Shown here one piece after another: positions 36,710 through 41,038 of a stretch of 41,038 bases of DNA; position 1 is the stretch's first letter; every line of letters begins with the position of its first letter. The translations under genes were made by a program, and so were the position numbers. The notes below the pieces were generated by a model that ran no database searches, had not been told where the DNA came from, and worked only from the letters and a program-made list of their open reading frames with translations. This DNA comes from Octopus sinensis. Lineage: Eukaryota. Location of the stretch: contig NW_021826237.1 in the NCBI RefSeq assembly GCF_006345805.1, positions 1 to 41,038 of the forward strand, written 5' to 3'.

Positions 36710-37973
36710 GTGTGTGTGTGCGTGTGCGTGGTGTGTGTGCGCGCGTGTGTATGTATGTGTATGTATGTATGTATGTAGTATGTATTATATCCTTTAGTTT
36801 AGTTTGCGCAAAGCCTCATAAACTAAACGGATTATATGACTAAAAATATTCCATCAAGGAATACAAATCGCCATAGATATATATGTATATATATATATAT
36901 TAATATATAGATATATATATAATCCTGATTGAGTTTGTTGCTGTTGTTGTTATCGTGGCTTTTGTTGTTGTTGTTGTTGTTGTTGGTTTTGTTTTTCTTC
37001 TCTTTCATTTAAAATGAATGAATTTTCAACGGTATTTTATTAAAAGTGACTCGGGAATCTAAGTAATGGCGAAGTCAGTTTTTATTTCCTTTCAAAATCT
37101 CTTAGTGTGTTTCCGCGGAATTTCTGACTCCGAGGTTAGGAAACTGAAGCGGTAAAGAGATATAGAAATTTACGAAGCTTAAAGACGACTTGTCTGCTTG
37201 TCTGCTTGTCAACGTCATTGTGCAAAAACAGGAAGAATTGATCGAATTAGAATCGCGAGATTTTGATTGGATGTCTTGGCGAAATTTTTCGCTGATGCTT
37301 TCTTCGCTGTCAAGTCCGATTCAGTGGAATTTCACCTCTAACCAATTTATTAAGAACGTCTTCTTGAACCTTTCGTGGTTGTATATTTAGATAATGGTCT
37401 CTAGGAATGTTTCCTTCAGCCCTCCACCAACGTCATCTCTGCCAACGCCATCAACGCCACCAGCATCACCATCGCCATCGCCATCGCCAGCGCTGTCGCG
37501 ATATTTCTTTACTCTGCCATTAATCATCGATGCCTTCAGCAAAACTTTGCCATGTGTAAAATGGAAGGAGAAAATAAGGTAATTTAGCAGAAAAGGTATC
37601 AAGAAAAATAAATAAAAAAAAAAGTACAACAAAACAAATAATATGAATTATACTGCAGCTATAGCAACAACAACATAAACAACAACAACAAGAAAAATAT
37701 CAGCACCAGCAACTACAATGAAAAAATAAAGAAAAAAAAAGCATTAAAAATATATACACAAAAAAGGAAATAGAGGGTTGGATTTGGTTGTATGGTTAAT
37801 AAGTATCACTTGGCAACGATGTAGTTTTCGGTTCGATCCTGGTGTATGCCAGCATGGGTAAGTATTTTCTATCATAATCTCGAGTTGAACAGTAACTTAT
37901 GGGAAGAATTTGAAGACGAAAACTGTACGGAAGCCTTTCACGTATAATTGACCATAAACACACACATATACAG

Positions 37974-38017
<44 letters not shown>

Positions 38018-38264
38018 GTGGTGTGTGTGTGTGTGTGTGTGTGTGTGTTGTGTGGTTGTGTGTGTGTGTGTGTGTGTTGGGTGTGTATAAAAGGGCGTGT
38101 GTACGTTGTAAGTTTTTTCTTTTGTTTCAGCTGTTGGACAGCGGCCATGCTGCAGTACTGTTTTAAGGGTTCTAGACGATTATATCGACCCAAATACATA
38201 TCTTCAATCCTGGTGCTTATCGATACTGTTTGTCGAACCGCTAGTTTATGGAACATAAAGCATT

Positions 38265-38386
38265 GACCAAAGGATGAAGGGCAACGTCGATCACGCTGAA
38301 ATTTGAACTCAGAATGTAAAGACGGATAAAATACCGCTAAGCATTTTACCCAGGCGTGCTAACGATTTTGCCAGCTCGCCGCCTTC
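38265..38386 (-). mobile_element. SINE family A, 5' half
   Basis: AATTTGAACTCAGAATGTAAAG...GCCAGCTCGCCGCC. Confidence 0.85.
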
Positions 38387-38519
38387 ATTGTGGGTAATAT
38401 CAAGTGATTATGTAACACTTGTTTTGTCATCGGACTTTGGCCATATTTGTGTACTGCTTTGAAGGATCTTCAAACAAATTGACTCCACTACTTACATATT
38501 TTTAAAACTTGGTATTATT

Positions 38520-38650
38520 CTATCGACACCTAATATTGAACAAGTGGTCTTCTTTGAGTTTCTGTCTACCAAATACACGCAGAGGGACTGAACCGGGAAC
38601 CAGGTGGTTAATAAGGAAACTTCTTACCACACATCCACGTCCGCACCTTA
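38520..38650 (-). mobile_element. SINE family B, 5' fragment
   Basis: GGGACTGAACCGGGAACCAGGTGGTT...CTTACCACAC. Confidence 0.7.
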
Positions 38651-38719
38651 TTGTAATTTTATTTTTATTATTATTATTATTATTATTATCATTATTATTA
38701 TTATTATTATCATCATTGT

Positions 38720-39056
38720 CATTTACTTTTAATCTGCATGTTTGATGCAATCACCTGCTGGGGCACACCCAGCGTCCTAGGGCAAGTGAAAAGGTTAAGA
38801 GTTGTTGAAATATAGCTGAAAGCTTGGGGAGGGGAAGTAGTAGAGATATCTCCATGTAATGCAACACACAAACATTTACATTGATAGGGTTTTTCTAAGG
38901 ATGTGGGCACTTGTTAGCACAATCTTTTGGATTTCCTTGAGACATGGTTTTCCAGGGATATTTCTAGGTGTTCTGACATCCTTTTTTATCATACCTAGGG
39001 CACCTACAATAACAGGAACAGTTTTTGTTTTAAGATTCCACATCCTCTGTATTTCG

Positions 39057-39058
<2 letters not shown>
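38720..39058 (-). mobile_element. R4/Dong-type non-LTR retrotransposon 3' end
   Basis: 39058-38876 reads IEIQRMWNLKTKTVPVIVGALGMIKKDVRTPRNIPGKPCLKEIQKIVLTSAHILRKTLSM* without breaks, then a 3' UTR; (TAA)n on both sides. Confidence 0.85.
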
Positions 39059-39121
<63 letters not shown>

Positions 39122-39740
39122 GGCTGTATGGTACTTTTACTAGATAATGGAATGAAGTTGAATAAACCGTTATCTGCACGATGCACACACACACACACAC
39201 ACACACACAGAATCACCCATACACATACAGACATGCATACATACATATATTTACATACGTTTACACACACCCACATAAATTTACGCAAACATACATTTTT
39301 CCCCTTAATGCCACACATCTCAGCATTAATAGCCATTTGTGAATGTCAAAGGTAGTGCCATATCAAACCAAACTGTAACAGGGACGAGATATCTTGTGAG
39401 ACTGGAAGGCGAGTTAGCTTGTTGCAAGTCTCACATAGGAAACAGACACACACCTATGTAAATATATATTCATATATATATATATAAATATATATATAAT
39501 TTGATAATTTGACGATTATACCTCCGTGAACTGTAGTTCAAGCGTTATTAATGCACAGTATCAATTATCTCTGTTAAGAAACCAATCTAGCATTCTGAAG
39601 ACATCCGATTCGGTTGTTGTCTTTCTCACAAGACGTGATGTCTTCAATATCTCATTGCGAAGCAACCAGCATTCATCTATGTAACCTATAATCGCGTTTA
39701 AGCTCTTTGTTGCCTCAAGCAAATATGTGTATATATATAT

Positions 39741-39786
<46 letters not shown>

Positions 39787-39824
39787 CTGGGTAGGGAGAC
39801 ATATATACATATATACGTACACAA

Positions 39825-39896
<72 letters not shown>

Positions 39897-40006
39897 GGAG
39901 CATTTCTGTCCTTCCCATTTGTTGTAGTTGCTTCTTTTACCTTCATCTCTATCCCTACCCTCTCTCTCACTCCATCTTTCTCTCTTTCTTTCTTTCTTTC
40001 TTTCTT

Positions 40007-40074
<68 letters not shown>

Positions 40075-40365
40075 CCATCAACACAAACACACTCATGTAT
40101 AACACATACGAACGAACATATGCACACGCATATATATATGTGTGTATATATATATATATATAATATATATACGCACGCACACACATATATATACATATAT
40201 ATATAGGGTTGTATGAATATATGTATGTATGTATGTATGTATATGTGATTGTATATGAGAATGATTGCGAATATGCATAGTCATTGTAGCTATTACAAAT
40301 ACTCTACTCCTACATTTATTAATACATAAATTTACAGGAGGAAGCGGAGGAGGAGGCAGAGAGAG

Positions 40366-40368
<3 letters not shown>

Positions 40369-40398
<30 letters not shown>

Positions 40399-40441
40399 AA
40401 GAAGAAGAAGAAGAAGAAGAAGAGAAGAAGAAGAAGAAGAA
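40369..40441. repeat. (GAA)n microsatellite
   Basis: Direct tandem run. Confidence 0.95.
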
Positions 40442-40670
40442 GCCTTATGATTATACGAGCGATGAACTACCAACCAGCAAGCCTGTTGCTCTCATTGTGC
40501 CTAGATTTTATTTTGTCCAAGAGTCCCCTAGTTCTCTCTGTGTTGTTTCTGCATACATGCAATCAGCCAGGCTCATATATCTAGTCCATTCTTTGATGTT
40601 GTCTGTCTACCAAACGTTTTGAAGGCCTCTTACTTTCTTCGCTTGAATGGTCTTTAACAACGACATTATT
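40442..40670 (-). mobile_element. RTE-like LINE 3' fragment
   Basis: Minus strand MSLLKTIQAKKVRGLQNVW*TDNIKEWTRYMSLADC resembles the RTE C-terminal ...G.R.RGRP..W.DNIKEWT motif; the (TTC)n run follows as a possible tail. Confidence 0.5.
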
Positions 40671-41038
40671 TAACAATACATTATTATGTAAAGAGAGAAC
40701 GGAGATGCTTTGAGAAATGCTTCGGTGCCTAAGGTTGGGCCGTGAATTCAGAGATGTAGAAGAAAACGTTGTAGTCACATCTGCAAAGAGCAAAGACATT
40801 CAGAAGGAAACCATATGCCTACGAAGTACCGCTTCTAAGTATATTTACTCAACGAATCCACGTTGCTTTCCTGTATCGTTGCAGTTGTTTTGTACATGTT
40901 TAATAAATATGTGATGACGTTACTCAACGGCAGATTTATCACCTATTTATTATAAGACTGAAATTAATTTGAAAATATTTTAACGGCGAAAGAGACTACT
41001 AAATTAAAGGTGGTTCACGGTTGCCATGACGGAACTAT

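Noticed and set aside
39561-39720. Complex C-terminus of the minus ORF (LEATKSLNAIIGYIDECW...) and the CTGAAGACATC...GATGTCTTCA hairpin
   Set aside because: No recognisable homology or splice support; the hairpin lacks the GAAA half of a hammerhead.

Overview
This is an AT-rich, microsatellite-saturated eukaryotic window. Its tRNA-derived SINE families and simple-repeat load point to an Octopus (coleoid cephalopod) genome; this is an inference. I found no intact recognisable protein-coding gene, rRNA, tRNA or CRISPR array, and almost the whole ORF track is microsatellite artefact. Supportable content: many copies of three SINE families, a decayed mariner, a Chapaev-type transposase fragment, Tc1- and pogo-type MITEs, a Helitron-like element, two R4/Dong-type LINE 3' ends inside (TAA)n arrays, an RTE-like 3' end, long hairpins and local duplications. 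The most striking signal is a set of type I hammerhead-ribozyme motifs from several unrelated sequence families (10.7, 19.0, 23.0, 26.2/27.3, 27.6, 28.9 and 34.1 kb). Most have the minimal or palindromic stem III typical of dimer-cleaving hammerheads of Penelope-like retroelements, and two sit in inverted truncated-repeat architectures. Weak candidates for a transcript 5' end (4.4-4.6 kb) and a Pro/Thr/His-rich exon (11.8-12.6 kb) are noted. Most element boundaries are approximate.
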